Both the position numbers and the translations under genes were made by a program. From positions 200,943 through 264,942 of the forward strand of contig NMRA01000500.1 of assembly GCA_002633005.1 (NCBI GenBank): DNA of 64,000 bases, written 5' to 3'. Origin of the DNA: Phoronis australis (Eukaryota > Animalia > Phoronida). Below the pieces are notes generated by a model, which saw only the letters and a list, made by a program, of their open reading frames with translations, was not told where the DNA came from and did not search any database. The stretch's first letter is position 1, and the number at the start of each line of letters is the position of its first letter. Of this stretch, positions 52,701-64,000 are shown in pieces.

Positions 52701-55700
52701 AATGGATAAAAGTACTGTCACAATGCAAAAGCAAATTTCAGCAGATTTAGGACAAGCTAACAGTCTGTAGTATCGCTTGTGATCAGCAGCTGATTATTGT
52801 TTGATAACGTTGTTGTCCTGTATTACACTGCAATAGCACTCTCCTTTGTCCCGAACACCTCATTTTGGAAATCAAGCACATTTTTGTACCTCTTATTGAT
52901 GCTGGGAAGGTGAAGAATTTCACATCAGACATTCACGGGTATTTGTCCAGTTTATCAAACTTTTTCACGTCGGAGTTGCAGCCCACAGCACAGCAGTAAT
53001 ACTTTGTTGGCATTGGAAGCATGAATAGAGTAATGCAACTGAGAAAAACTTGTAAAGAATCAGACAACAACAAAAAACATATGAAACTCCAATTGCACGA
53101 AAACGAGGCAGCAAATGTGCCTGACAAATGTTTACGGCATTGTGGGTAAATACATCGAGATTTGAGTGTCGCTGTGTAATCCAGGAATGCCCTATTGCTC
53201 GAATGGATCAGCTATTGTGCACATTGAAACGCATGGCTAAAAAGGTTAACAAATTCAGTTTGCATTTAATTACAAGTTTCCTATGATAATAAAATGGTGT
53301 CATCAAGTGTTACTCTATAACAATAGATGCATTATAATGTCTCATAATCGCCTTGGCAACATTTTCAGGTCATTTGGTAATGCACTCGGTAATTGTCTTG
53401 GGGACAGGGATTATTTGAAGTTGATCAACAAAGCACCTAAAGCCGTAAGTTGTGCATTATAACTCAATAATCCAGTGTTAATTGAGAAGATGATTGAAGT
53501 GCCTGAGTTCTTAGTGTCTGCTTTCATCATTATTGTTACTCCAGCTTCTTTCATTTGCCATGATATGAAATGTGCTCTAAATACTTTGCATGTAAATGTT
53601 TAGATTTATGTGTGTGCAGCTGAATGTCAATCAGTTTGTTTACAATGTTTAAGGCATTCGATCACACGTTATGTATAATTCAAAAAGCGGTCTGAGCAAT
53701 TTTTTCATGAAGGTAGATGCAATAATTTCAAAACGTTAAATTTGAAGTGTGAGTTTCCATAATTTTTGCAACATTTTAAAGTTGACATTTTTGGATACGT
53801 GGTTCTTTGTCACCAACTGAGAGCTGAGAAGTGCTTCATGATCTCCGGTCTATAAACAATGTTTTTAATTTGCTTAATTTGGCATGGATGTTGCTAAACT
53901 CGTATTTATTCAGGAGACAGTTGTCACAGAGCAACTAACACAGAATAGCTGTTCAGGTGAAAGTGTGTGTGTGTCAACACGACTCACCCCTAGCAAGTTG
54001 ACACTGTGATGGCCATTTTTGACATTGGTTTATGAGGTAGAACAAGTCGTTTTAGTTTCAACTACAAGTCCACTCACAAACTGGGGCAGGACAGAAGCGA
54101 TTATCTCAGTTACCCTTTCGTAATAGCGTATGTACGAGTATTTCGTTAGCATTCCCCATAGCTTGGGTGTTTGCTGTTTTTTATGAAAGCATTCATACAC
54201 AGCCTTTGTGGAAATGACTCATGCTGATCTAGTTTGCGAAAATGCAACAAAAGTGGAGCACGTCACTGTTTGACATCACCATGACTACTGCTCCCCATGT
54301 AAAAACAGCTCAAGATTCGGAAATGACATGCAATTCATTGACCGTTCACATAAATACTTTGACCAGGCATTGAAGTCCCATGCACTGCTAGGTAGGTCAA
54401 GCTGGTGGATCAATCCATTAAATCCATTTCCGTGTTCATTTGTGAATGGTAACTCACTGTATTAAAGAACCAAAACAAACTAAGGATTCCTCCCCGAAAC
54501 ATGGACTAAAACTATTAGTTTTCAAAGATTGGAATTCCAAGGACTTGACTATAGCTGGAAATATATATTTATTCCAGGCCAATTTTGACTCATAGCTAAT
54601 TGGCCAGATTAGTCCTGTATCCAGCCACTGGATTAAGTATTTCTTTGTCTTGAGTTTTGAGATTACCCTTCATATTATTAGTGGTGCTCTTATGTCACAC
54701 AACATTCTTTGTTACTTGTCCAATAGGCATCAAGTCCTGTGGAGATGTCTTCACTCAAACGCAAAGATGCAGACGCAGCAGTTGTAAAAGCGAGGTACAC
54801 TCGAAGGCCTGTTCAACAAACAGAGCAGTTCAATTTGAATAAAGCATCAACAAGTTCAGATAACACCATCTTCGTGCAAGATAACTTGAATCGTGTGATT
54901 ACTCACAGCCACAAAATGGAATCAAATTCGACCTCCACCTCAGTGATTACTGGTGAAGAGACAGAAAAAGTCACATCATGCACTAATGTAGTGAACACCC
55001 GCAGTAAGTCTCTTGGCGAACACCATTCTAATGTGACATTCGTGAAGCCTCTGCCGAGGTCAGATACGAAAGGCAGTGGACGCAGGTCAGTGAACGAGTC
55101 TGACACAAGTATAACGGAAGAGTTTGTGGCTGGTAACATTACGGAAGACGAGGCAGAGAGAATTCAAAGAAAACTGCGACAAAAGCAAAAACAGGAAGAG
55201 TTTCAAATCAAGATGAAGCAGAATAAGATTAAATCGCCTGTGTCTACAAGTAAGTAATTTAGCAAATGATGATGAATTGAAATTTTTGCTTCATTAATTG
55301 TGATTTTGCAGTCCGTCCTTTTATGAGATAGTTTATGGAGTGCTGTAGAGCTTAAAAAATATTTCATGGAGAGCAGTGTTTGTCAGAGGCAGCAAAACAT
55401 TGACTTACAGCGGCTACAAGTTCGCCTTTCATCACAAAAATCAAGTTGTGATTTAGACCACTTATGGTTATTAAGATGGTCTCGATTTGTTCCTTTTAAT
55501 AGTCAAACTGGAGGTGATGCCAGGCCTTCGAAAGAACTGACAGTTTGTTAGAGCTTGAGACCTGTCTCCATAAGTTGGTTTGTCACAACATGTCATTTTA
55601 TTTGACCAGCATGATCTCAAGAAATAAACAAACATCTTTGCACACCTGGAAATTACCTCCACTTTTGCAAATCCAGAAATCACTACTCATCCTAGTAGGG

Positions 55701-56881
55701 AACAAGTTGAGACCAATTTTATAGCAGCAAGTGGTTTACATACAAAATAGCGTCTTGAACAAAATGCAGGTTTAAAGCTACTTAAATTGAAGGTAGAAAG
55801 TTTTACCCAGCTGCTTACGTTTGAGAACCACCTGCACAACATTTGAAGTAAAGAATTTCAGTAGGTGTTTTTAAACTTTTTGGCGCGTTTAAGTGACTTT
55901 TTATTTATCTTGTGGATCATAACTATACATATTAACATTTAAAAGATGATTCTGGGTGACTACTTCAAAAGGCAGCAAATTAACCTAACTTCCTGAGCTC
56001 TGAATAGCTGACGTTCCATCTGACTTGAATATTTCACAATCCCATATTTCAGGTGTAGCTAACCCCAAACCCTGTTCAACACCCACTTCTGTTGATGTAA
56101 GAAAGCAAATGAATCAAACCACCAGCTCTCGCGAGTCACTACTGGCTGAGGATAATTACATAGGTCGGTGTCTCGTGTTAATGATTCATTTGCAGTTGTG
56201 AGCTAAACTGGTTAACTTGTCTCATTTAATTTTGCCTTTTTCAGGTTGAAAATTCCTGGTCGTTTTGTAAAACATTTGCACAGATAAGTTGAGTTCCACG
56301 GGGATGGTTCTGTAGGATGGCAATCTGTAAAACACCATCTTTTGTATTAAATGGTTGATTTTGTTCATTTCAATTTTTTACCCATTTCACCATGATGGCA
56401 CCCACGTAGATCAGTTTTAGATTCTGTAGACTGTTCATTTTATTATTATTTTTAAGTCGTTTGAGAATATGATACTCTTTAGTACTCCATGTTCCTTCAG
56501 TGGTAAAGATTTAAGAGAAGAGAATTTTTCTGATGAAAAACATTTACATTATTTATTATCTTTTGGTGAACACATTTTCTCTCATGTTTTACTATCATGG
56601 ACAAAATTTGCATTTTTAAGAGAATGTTTACTGCATTAGAAAGACATAAGATGGTTTCGAAAATTGACTTGTCTACAACAATCAGAAAGTATATTGCATT
56701 TTGACTGTATTGCATCCTTCCAGATGATCCAGAGTTGTGGAATCAGACTTTGGAACTGGATGATCTGGAGAAATTGCAGGAATCGGAAAACGAACAGAAT
56801 CTGCGATCATCTCCACGTTTTTCTCAGAAACACCAGACTCACCACGGCAAGAAGAGAAAACTTGAATCTCCTGCTAAATGA
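49758..56881 (+). CDS. RAD52: DNA repair protein RAD52, ~435 aa
   Basis: Exons 49758-49814, 50857-50958, 51142-51235, 51829-51896, 52337-52455, 53369-53444, 54727-55249, 56053-56163, 56724-56881. Motifs [92 protein letters not shown] and a C-terminal KKRK NLS; AATAAA at ~56930. Confidence 0.96.
52840..53170 (-). mobile_element. THAP-domain DNA transposon remnant in a RAD52 intron
   Basis: Minus strand [36 protein letters not shown]; homologous to 39960-40350. Confidence 0.65.
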
Positions 56882-58687
56882 CCTTTGACCTTCCAACCAG
56901 CTGTGGATTAGTTTGTTAAGTAATAAGAGAATAAATAATAAAATAAATGCAACACTTAGCCACTAACTGATGCTATTAATGTGAAATTTTTATAAAGTAA
57001 TAATGAATGATCACTTGGGAGCACTTTGTGCAACAATAGTGTTAGTTTCAATTGCTAAGAAGGTTTGATTGGCGGCCTTAATGTGCCATCATGTTAATTT
57101 TGTGTAAGAGAATACACGTGTGTGTGTTTCTTGATGAATTTTGTTAATGTCTATATTTATTCTCATTTTACCACATTGTTAACATCTAATTGAAAACTTC
57201 GTAATGAATTATTAAGGAATTTCAGCTTGTCCAGTCGCTTTAGTTGAGATTTCTTTTTGCTTGCGTCATTTATTTTGTGCTCTATGTCTTTCATCTCAGA
57301 GGACTTCAATGTGCAAAGTCACTTTATGGTTACTCTTTGCTTGCTTTGTGCTATTTTATGTGTAGGAAATTGAGAATCTCTTTAGGGCTTGATAATGAGG
57401 ATTTAAATGGTACCGTAGTTGAAAACATTTGAGGTTAAGGCTGCTATTATCCATGTTTCAGCCAAGAAGTAAACTTTTTATTTCGACAACTTATTACAAT
57501 AGAATTAGTTTCTGTTTGTTCCTTATTCCGATGGGAAGAGATTACTAGGTTTGGAAAGAACTAACAGTTTGTTATTATTTGAATCCATGCTCGACACAAA
57601 AATATATGCTGTGGCAAGAAGCCAACTTGTGGGGCTTAATCTCCAGCAAAAACTAAGTGTCAGTTTGCCGAAAAGCTGAAATCATCTCCCATTGGACTAA
57701 CGAACAATTTGAGGCCACATTGATGAAAGCCAATCGGCTGTGGTTTCTTTAATTGGAGACTAATTTCATGGTAACTGGTCCAGATCAGAAGTTGTTTCTT
57801 GGGATGGAAGTATGTTTATTGCAACTTTTAAGTTGCACACATAAATGTGTCTGAGCTTTCTTGGATCAACTGATTCTGAGGATGTAGGTGTGGTGTTTCA
57901 CTGGTTTTCGTGTCATTTAAGCATTTCTTGAGCGGCTTTGCCCACATCAGAGACTTTCATAAAGCATACCAAATGATAAGGAGAGAAACATAGCTGTTTT
58001 TACTGCTGTCTAGAAGACATGGAAACTATTTCCCTTGATGTAGCAACTGTATCATTGTATTAAGCCAATCCCCTCCAGATTAAGTTTCTCGTATTGGAAA
58101 TCCCCCCCTCTGTAACCAATGGGGATGCACTCACTGCCCTATTGGCTGCTGAGGTTTGCGCAAGGTACCATCCATGGGTACTTCAGGTCTGCCTCAGCCA
58201 TTACAATTTTATTTCCAAGTGTCCATGAAGATTCTGTGACATGAACAGCTCATAACCCGTGAGTGGAAAATTGGCTGTGACCTAGGAGAGCAAAGCAAAC
58301 TGTCTGCTAATCACAATTTAACTCCAATGAGTGGTGCCTGCAGACAAATACTTCATGTTGATTATGGAGCAATTACAGCTTGGTAAATAAAAACATAAAA
58401 ATGACATTTCTCTTGATTTTGTCATTACAACAAAATGTTATTAAACTTTTATTCCAATTCTTTAAACTTTGATAACATCCATACAACTATATTGCAACAC
58501 AATATCCATATTAACTCTCACAGAATTCTTGTATTCTGTGTATCACATGTCTTTTTTCAAAGCATTCTTTGTCATAGATATGCCTTCATCTCACAACTTG
58601 AGCAATGAAGTAAATAAATATTGGTCCATAGCCTTAAAATCCTCCTGTTGAGTATCACCATCTCTCAGTCTTTTCAAAACAATCCTT

Positions 58688-61162
58688 TTATATATTATCC
58701 ACAATGGTCTTGTCCGAGACAGTGTTGAGTGAATGATTCCTGTACATTCCACATTTTCCTAAATGCTGAAACAAAAAAGTGAAACGTGAATTTCTCGAAG
58801 CAGATCCGGGGAGTGCTACCCTTGGCTACACTAACCTTTGGTTAGTCTATGTGAGGTCTACCGAAGCATTATTTCACCTCAATCATTAATGAAGTCATTA
58901 CATTGTAACAAAACATTGATTTGTCCATTGTAATGCTCAGATGAGATTTTATGAAATAGTACCAAGAATCTACCAATAGGAGCAGATGCATAAGATTTTA
59001 GGTTTGTGAAATTTTTAGACATTTAAAGCTAATTTGGTAAGTACTCCAAAGATGGCAATGATGAAGTCAATGTATTGACCAAATACAAGGAAAATAGTCA
59101 GAGTAGCAATCAATAAAATTGTGTAAAATTTGGATTTATACTTGATTATTGTTTTAAAAGAACTCGGAATAATGCTACAGGGGAATTCGGTCTTTGGCAA
59201 CAATACAGAAGTTAAAAATTCGAAAGTATTGCTGTGCACATTTAACAAAGGTGTATACGAACAGTTATTCAAAATGTCCTTGCAGTAAATGACAATGGCT
59301 TACCTCGCTGAAGCCCTGAGATCTGCAGTAAAATTGGGACGGCATGTCAAATACCGATGGAGGTAAACCACCGTATGTATTCGATGTTGTCTGAAACATA
59401 GGGTTTTGCTTCTTCTGTCCGTATCCTTTGAACCACTCTGAAAGGAAGATCAATTCATTGTATTGACATGTAGACTAATATTACTGAGCTAGATTGTTCA
59501 ATAAAATGTGTCGATATGAGAGAATGCTTACACTACAAGCAAGCATATTATTGAAACATACGCATTAGACAAGACCTCCAGCTTGGAAATTTAGTGAAAT
59601 TATTAATAGTGAATTTTAGGCTTGTCACAATAAAGAAAAGCCAGTTCAATATTCCTTGAGGCCATGCTCCTATTAAATGGCCCAGCAGGCCAAGCCACTA
59701 ATATCTTAGCCTGATCTCAAGTGCTAACCAATTCTTTGTTCTTCATAAGCCCGAAAAATCCCTTCCAGTTTTGGTAATGAACAGGTTGAGACCAGTTTTG
59801 TGAAGGTAACAGCTTGAAACAAATAAAAAGCCTATCAAAGCTGGGCTTATAGCACCTATATACAGCCAGTTGCATATAAAAGGACTACTAAAAATGACAC
59901 AGCACTAAACGTATTCAAATAGATGCCAAGGTCAAGTAAAGAGAAGCATTTTAAGATGGAGTACAAATGCAGATGTGTAGTTTTTATCAATACTCTGTAC
60001 CAAGAACCATTAGCAAATATAGACTAGAACAAATGTAACTTCTATAACTTTTCAGATATTTATAGTTGCAATCAAGAATACACACCGTCTGTGATTGGTT
60101 CAGGTTCAGGTGCTTTCATTGAGCGTGAACAAGAGAAAATAGGATTACCAGGTAAATAACAACCACCTGAAAACAAAAGCAATCTATTAACACACCAGTC
60201 CATGTAGAAATTGCAGCTGTGATGAGCAACTTTAACAAAACAGTTTTGTAAAGTCAATGCTTGCTGTTTTCAACATCACATTAGGTATGTTTTGTTAGAG
60301 AATACATTAAAACAATACAAACCAACCTTGGTATGGTAACATCAAGCTGCATGTTCTACAGGACTGTGAAAACAAACAAAATGTTACCATACCAGGATTG
60401 TTAAATCTTTCAGGGATATTGAATGTTCTCATATATTCCTCAGTTTTCGAACCTTTGGGGACACCACCAGGTCCAACTTCTGTTTGTTGAGTAGTCTCAG
60501 CATTTCCTTGAGCAGCACTGGCCTCCTGTAATATGAAAGTTTATTTTTGTATTACGAAACAGAACATTTGGAACGAAAAAACCAAGCTAGTACATACATA
60601 GTCAGTAAGATTGGTTGTGTACCACAAGAGAAAGAGTATCGGAACTTCACATGACAAATTAAAAATCAAAAACTTCTGGAATCCTCCAGTAGTTGTGGAG
60701 ACGCTCAGCTATTTATATATTGCGGAATGGCAATTTGAGAATGTTTTTAAACAAACACTTTTGCTCTTGTAGCCCCTGGTTTTGAGAAAAATTTTTATCT
60801 AAACGCCTGGTTCTCAAAATCACGGGTCACCAACACATGATGAGAGACCATTTTCCTGAAGTGAGTTCCAGATTTTTTTTTTGGAGTTGTTTCACGCCAT
60901 ATAATGAATGATTAAGTCGGAGCCCGGGGGTCCATGTCTCCATGCATACTTATAGTAGTCAAGCCCGACCCTGGGGCAGAGAAAAGCAGTCAAATTTCCA
61001 AATACTTCAAATCCTAAGAATAGTTAGGGTGAATTAGCCGATCGGATTAGGCAGCGCAAGGGCGATGTTCCTCCAACACAACTGATTTACTTTATGATTG
61101 AAAAATCTATTATTCCACGCTTGATGTAGATTGCACGATTTCGCTTCGACATAACTTACCAT
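58688..61162 (-). CDS. PIERCE1: PIERCE-family (C9orf116/UPF0691, FAP182-like) microtubule inner protein, PIERCE1-type isoform, 115 aa
   Basis: Exons 61162-61160 (ATG|GTAAGT), 60525-60393 (..KTEEYMRTFNIPERFNNP), 59437-59304 (EWFKGYGQKKQNPMFQTTSNTYGGLPPSVFDMPSQFYCRSQGFSE), 58765-58688 (HLGKCGMYRNHSLNTVSDKTIVDNI*). Matches PIERCE1 LPGRFNNPGWFRGY..YRTSNQAYG..GMFRNNTLN (from memory). AATAAA on the minus strand at ~58450. Confidence 0.92.
60086..60166 (-). CDS. PIERCE2: Alternative 81-nt exon encoding the PIERCE2-type motif (GGCYLPGNPIFSCSRSMKAPEPEPITD)
   Basis: TTTTGTTTTCAG acceptor, G|GTGTGT donor, symmetric phase 1-1. CYLPGNPIFSC resembles PIERCE2/C15orf65 CVNPGNPVFSC (from memory). Confidence 0.75.
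60327..60363 (-). CDS. Alternative 37-nt exon (SCRTCSLMLPYQ, phase 0 to 1), mutually exclusive with 60525-60393
   Basis: TTTTGTTTGTTTTCACAG acceptor only 29 nt after the exon-2 donor; AAG|GTTGGT donor; same phases as exon 2. Confidence 0.6.
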
Positions 61163-61282
61163 TTTGTTAAAGTAAATAGTCCCTTCTGTATCACTCGAAC
61201 GAGCAGCCAAAAATGAATGTACAGCCAGGTGGTTGAGAAAGCAATGAAAGAATGTTATGATGACGTATATTTATTGACGATT

Positions 61283-61296
61283 GTTGCTAAGGACAG
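61283..61296. promoter_or_regulatory. RFX X-box-like motif ~120 bp upstream of the PIERCE ATG
   Basis: GTTGCTAAGGACAG; one strong half-site, at a position typical of ciliary genes. Confidence 0.45.
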
Positions 61297-62934
61297 TAGT
61301 GCCGCCTTTTGGTTGAAACAATCGTTTTAGTGCAGTTTAGAATAGAAACCATTTGTCGTTTAAGAATTTGTTCTATAAAAGTGTAGTAAAAATGGAAATT
61401 AATAGTAAATATTACAGTAAGTTTTTTTAAAAATTTAGGTCAGTGACGGATGTGACCGAGTGAACGCTATGGCACTTTCGATAATTTCCGTTCAAGTTAC
61501 GGAGATATCCGAGATATTCTGAAGTGAATTTGAGGCCATAGAAGGCCGAGGTGTTCACTGAGTCCTGCCGCATATATTCGGCCGTATACCGTTGTGAAAA
61601 TGTTTCCGTGACCCACTGTTAGCGTAGCATTTCTGATAAGTTCAGGTTATGTTAATTTTGCGAGTGTTTTGAACACATTTTTATTGATACTTCAGAGGAG
61701 ATTAATCAAAGCTATAATGTTGAAGCAGACCCCCGGCGGCACAATCTTGAGTGTTTCGTCAGCTCCGCTCCGTGCAAATGAGGAAATAAATGAAGCGATT
61801 TCGGCCGCGGAGGTTCTACCATGCTCATCTTGTTGCCTACCGCCAGCCGGCAACTGACATGCGAAGCGTATACGTGTGCCATTTTCGAATTCGAAGTTTT
61901 AGACCTGGTCCGCGAAATTCAGTAACAGTCGGCAATAAACTTTGCCATCGGCCCGGTTTTCAGCGGCTGATCATCGAAGTCCTTGTGAATCCTCATCACG
62001 CCTAGGCCATAATGACCGTGACTTAGGCCGTGGCCGGGTGAGCCCGATTAGGGAAGGCCTAATTTGATTTTCATTTTATGACCAGCAAGCGAAACGCAGC
62101 TTTCAACTGAACATATGGTTTTGATTGGCAAATACATGTGCTGTCGTTTTTTATAAAATTTAAGAAAATTTATTTATTCTTGTAATATTTAAAACTAGGG
62201 TGGCCTCCAGTGACAGTACTGGTTGTCAGAGGCCCCCAATGAAATAGGTAAACCACGCCAAAAACCCGGCCTCCTAAATTTTAATTGCGACGGCCGACTC
62301 AGGAGGATCACCAGACTGTGAGACGGACCTAGTTGTCACTAGCTATTTCTGAAATAAAATTCCTTAATGAGTCCAACATTCCTAAAGATTGTAAGTCGTT
62401 AAAAGTCCTTTTTTATAATTTGCCGATGCAATTAATGAAAAACAGAAGAAATGACAATGCGTGTGTCAGTCAAACTTTTCCCGACCCCGCACTAGTCTCT
62501 GAATACTGTTATTTACGAAGTAAATTTTCCAAAGTCGCTAGAGAGCTCAACGTAAAATCTCGAGTACACTTTGAAAAAATTAAAGTAGTCACGAATTCGG
62601 TCACACTTTCTTGCTAGGAAAACTGAGAATTATTAATTGGCTTTCGAGTTCGTCCGTTTAGTGGTTGGTTGCATGTGTACTAGTGACTTTGCGAAGAGTG
62701 ACGATTGAATCAAATTAGGCTGATTTAGTCAACTACACTACTTATAATAATTCTTTATTATATGTTTTGGTGTTTTGTTCGAGCAAACTGTCGTGTTAAG
62801 CCGGTAAGTTGTAAAGGAAGCTTAAGTTTTTAACCGAGTGCACTCGTCTGCCTGTACGGCTCTAGTCCCGACCTGCCTAGTTCATAAATATGTTACAGAA
62901 GTGCCCTGGACATGATTATGTAAGTAAGATATAT

Positions 62935-62948
62935 GCGCCCTCTAGTGG
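62935..62948 (-). promoter_or_regulatory. CTCF core motif
   Basis: Reverse complement CCACTAGAGGGCGC, a near-consensus core. Confidence 0.55.
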
Positions 62949-63173
62949 TCAAGCTGTGTATTACGTATGGAATTTTCCTATGATTTCTGAGTCCTTTGGA
63001 TATGGCCAAATATGGTCAGAACCTAGGAGTTATGGGCCTTGCCCTTCAGATCGTGTCTGATTGGTTGAAATTGTGTACTTAAGCTTTGTCTCTGACAGAC
63101 ACGAGGAGTCCAGTCGCAGAGTTCAACAAGCAAACATTAACACCTTCACTCACACCAAATTGCAACTGTTTGT

Positions 63174-63253
63174 GCAGCTTTCGGGCTCCTCCCGAACTTG
63201 GTTGCCAATAGTTTAGCCCCAGCAATTCTCGGGCTCCTCCCGAGCTTGATTGC
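63174..63253 (+). other. Tandem pair of bulged stem-loops (candidate cis-regulatory RNA element)
   Basis: 63174-63205 GCAGCTTTCGGG-CTCCT-CCCGAA-CTT-GGTTGC and 63222-63253 GCAATTCTCGGG-CTCCT-CCCGAG-CTT-GATTGC; all differences preserve pairing. Confidence 0.7.
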
Positions 63254-63376
63254 ATCTCACCTTTCGGATCTGAATAACCAAATTGCCCCGTTCTTGCACA
63301 CACGACTATTAATCAGCGACTGCCGGCTTGCCCGTGTATCAGAACTGTATAAATCACAACGCTGCGATACTAAATC

Positions 63377-63396
63377 ATGGAACAACTGGATTGCTT
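63377..63396 (+). CDS. Putative first coding exon (MEQLDC..) of an unidentified gene continuing past the window
   Basis: ATCATGG start context and TT|GTAAGT donor; CpG-rich upstream region with several donor-like sites (61645, 62037, 62803). Confidence 0.3.
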
Positions 63397-64000
63397 GTAA
63401 GTGTGAAATATTGTAGTTATATATTCTTACAATAAACCTATGTATTATTCACCAACTTTTCGTTTTCAATATCACCCTCAGTCCGCACCGGGCTCGTAAA
63501 ATCGGGGCGCCTTGGTCGTACTGAGAAACCGCCCCCGTTACACTGGTGCACGTGGCCCGCGGATATGTGCGAGTGATGTTGAAAAGCAGTAAACTAAAAT
63601 TTCTTACCGTCAATGCCTATTAGTGCGTTAATGACATTCTTTTCGTTGCTCATGCCGTTGACGTCTTGTCACGCTCGCTGGGTGATGTTTGGAATTAATT
63701 AACTCACATAGCAAACGTCTGTTGAAGGTTGCGTGTTCAAAGTTCGCAAAACGTAATATTTCAAACTCATAGTAGCGACATTGAACACATTTTTGTCAGT
63801 ACTCCTGAGTTGATTTTCCGTTGAGGTTTCACTAAATACCCTTGTCGATTATCAATTCACAACTTTGTCGTGTGTTGCTGTTAATTTCCATGGATAACCT
63901 TGCTTTCGCGAAACTTGCAATATTCAGGTGGCGATAGCTTGAATGTGGGAAGTAACGCCCACTTGTTGCCCAATTAATATTTTCTAGAAGTAGATTCATG

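Noticed and set aside
57900-58345. Extra minus-strand terminal exons of PIERCE
   Set aside because: Acceptor-like sites exist, but the peptides lack family similarity and lie beyond the poly(A) signal.
49758-61162. Functional DNA-damage cluster of RAD52 and PIERCE1 (originally described as p53-induced)
   Set aside because: The genes are convergent with no shared promoter; adjacency alone is not evidence.
61717-62005. Antizyme-like +1 frameshift (short ORF followed by an overlapping ORF)
   Set aside because: The junction is AAC TGA rather than TCC TGA, and the second frame has no antizyme similarity.

Overview
AT-rich genomic DNA from an animal with spliceosomal introns (probably an invertebrate bilaterian; CTCF-like motifs present). 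There are two N gaps (1797-2001, 12344-13028) and two single-N joins (28219, 44244). The first ~13 kb is transposon debris: a split, partly inverted Penelope-like retroelement, tRNA-derived SINEs, and a TTAA-targeting Kolobok-like THAP element whose empty site is also in the window. Genes I could reconstruct by hand: an orphan SAYSD1-like first exon (-); FRMD8/iTAP (+, 9 core coding exons plus several candidate alternative N-terminal exons); an intronless GLOD4 (-) head-to-head with RAD52 (+, 9 coding exons); a PIERCE-family ciliary microtubule-inner-protein gene (-); and the probable 5' end of an unidentified gene (+). The top finding is that the single PIERCE gene carries both a PIERCE1-type N-terminal exon and a PIERCE2-type exon pair. 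The two routes look mutually exclusive (29-nt spacer), and a perfect 14-bp pre-mRNA stem covers the competing splice signals, so one gene may make both proteins that vertebrates encode as paralogues. The second finding is a tandem pair of bulged hairpins near 63.2 kb in which every difference between the copies preserves base pairing. Homologies are recalled from memory, not from database searches, and splice models are inferred from GT/AG signals and frame only.
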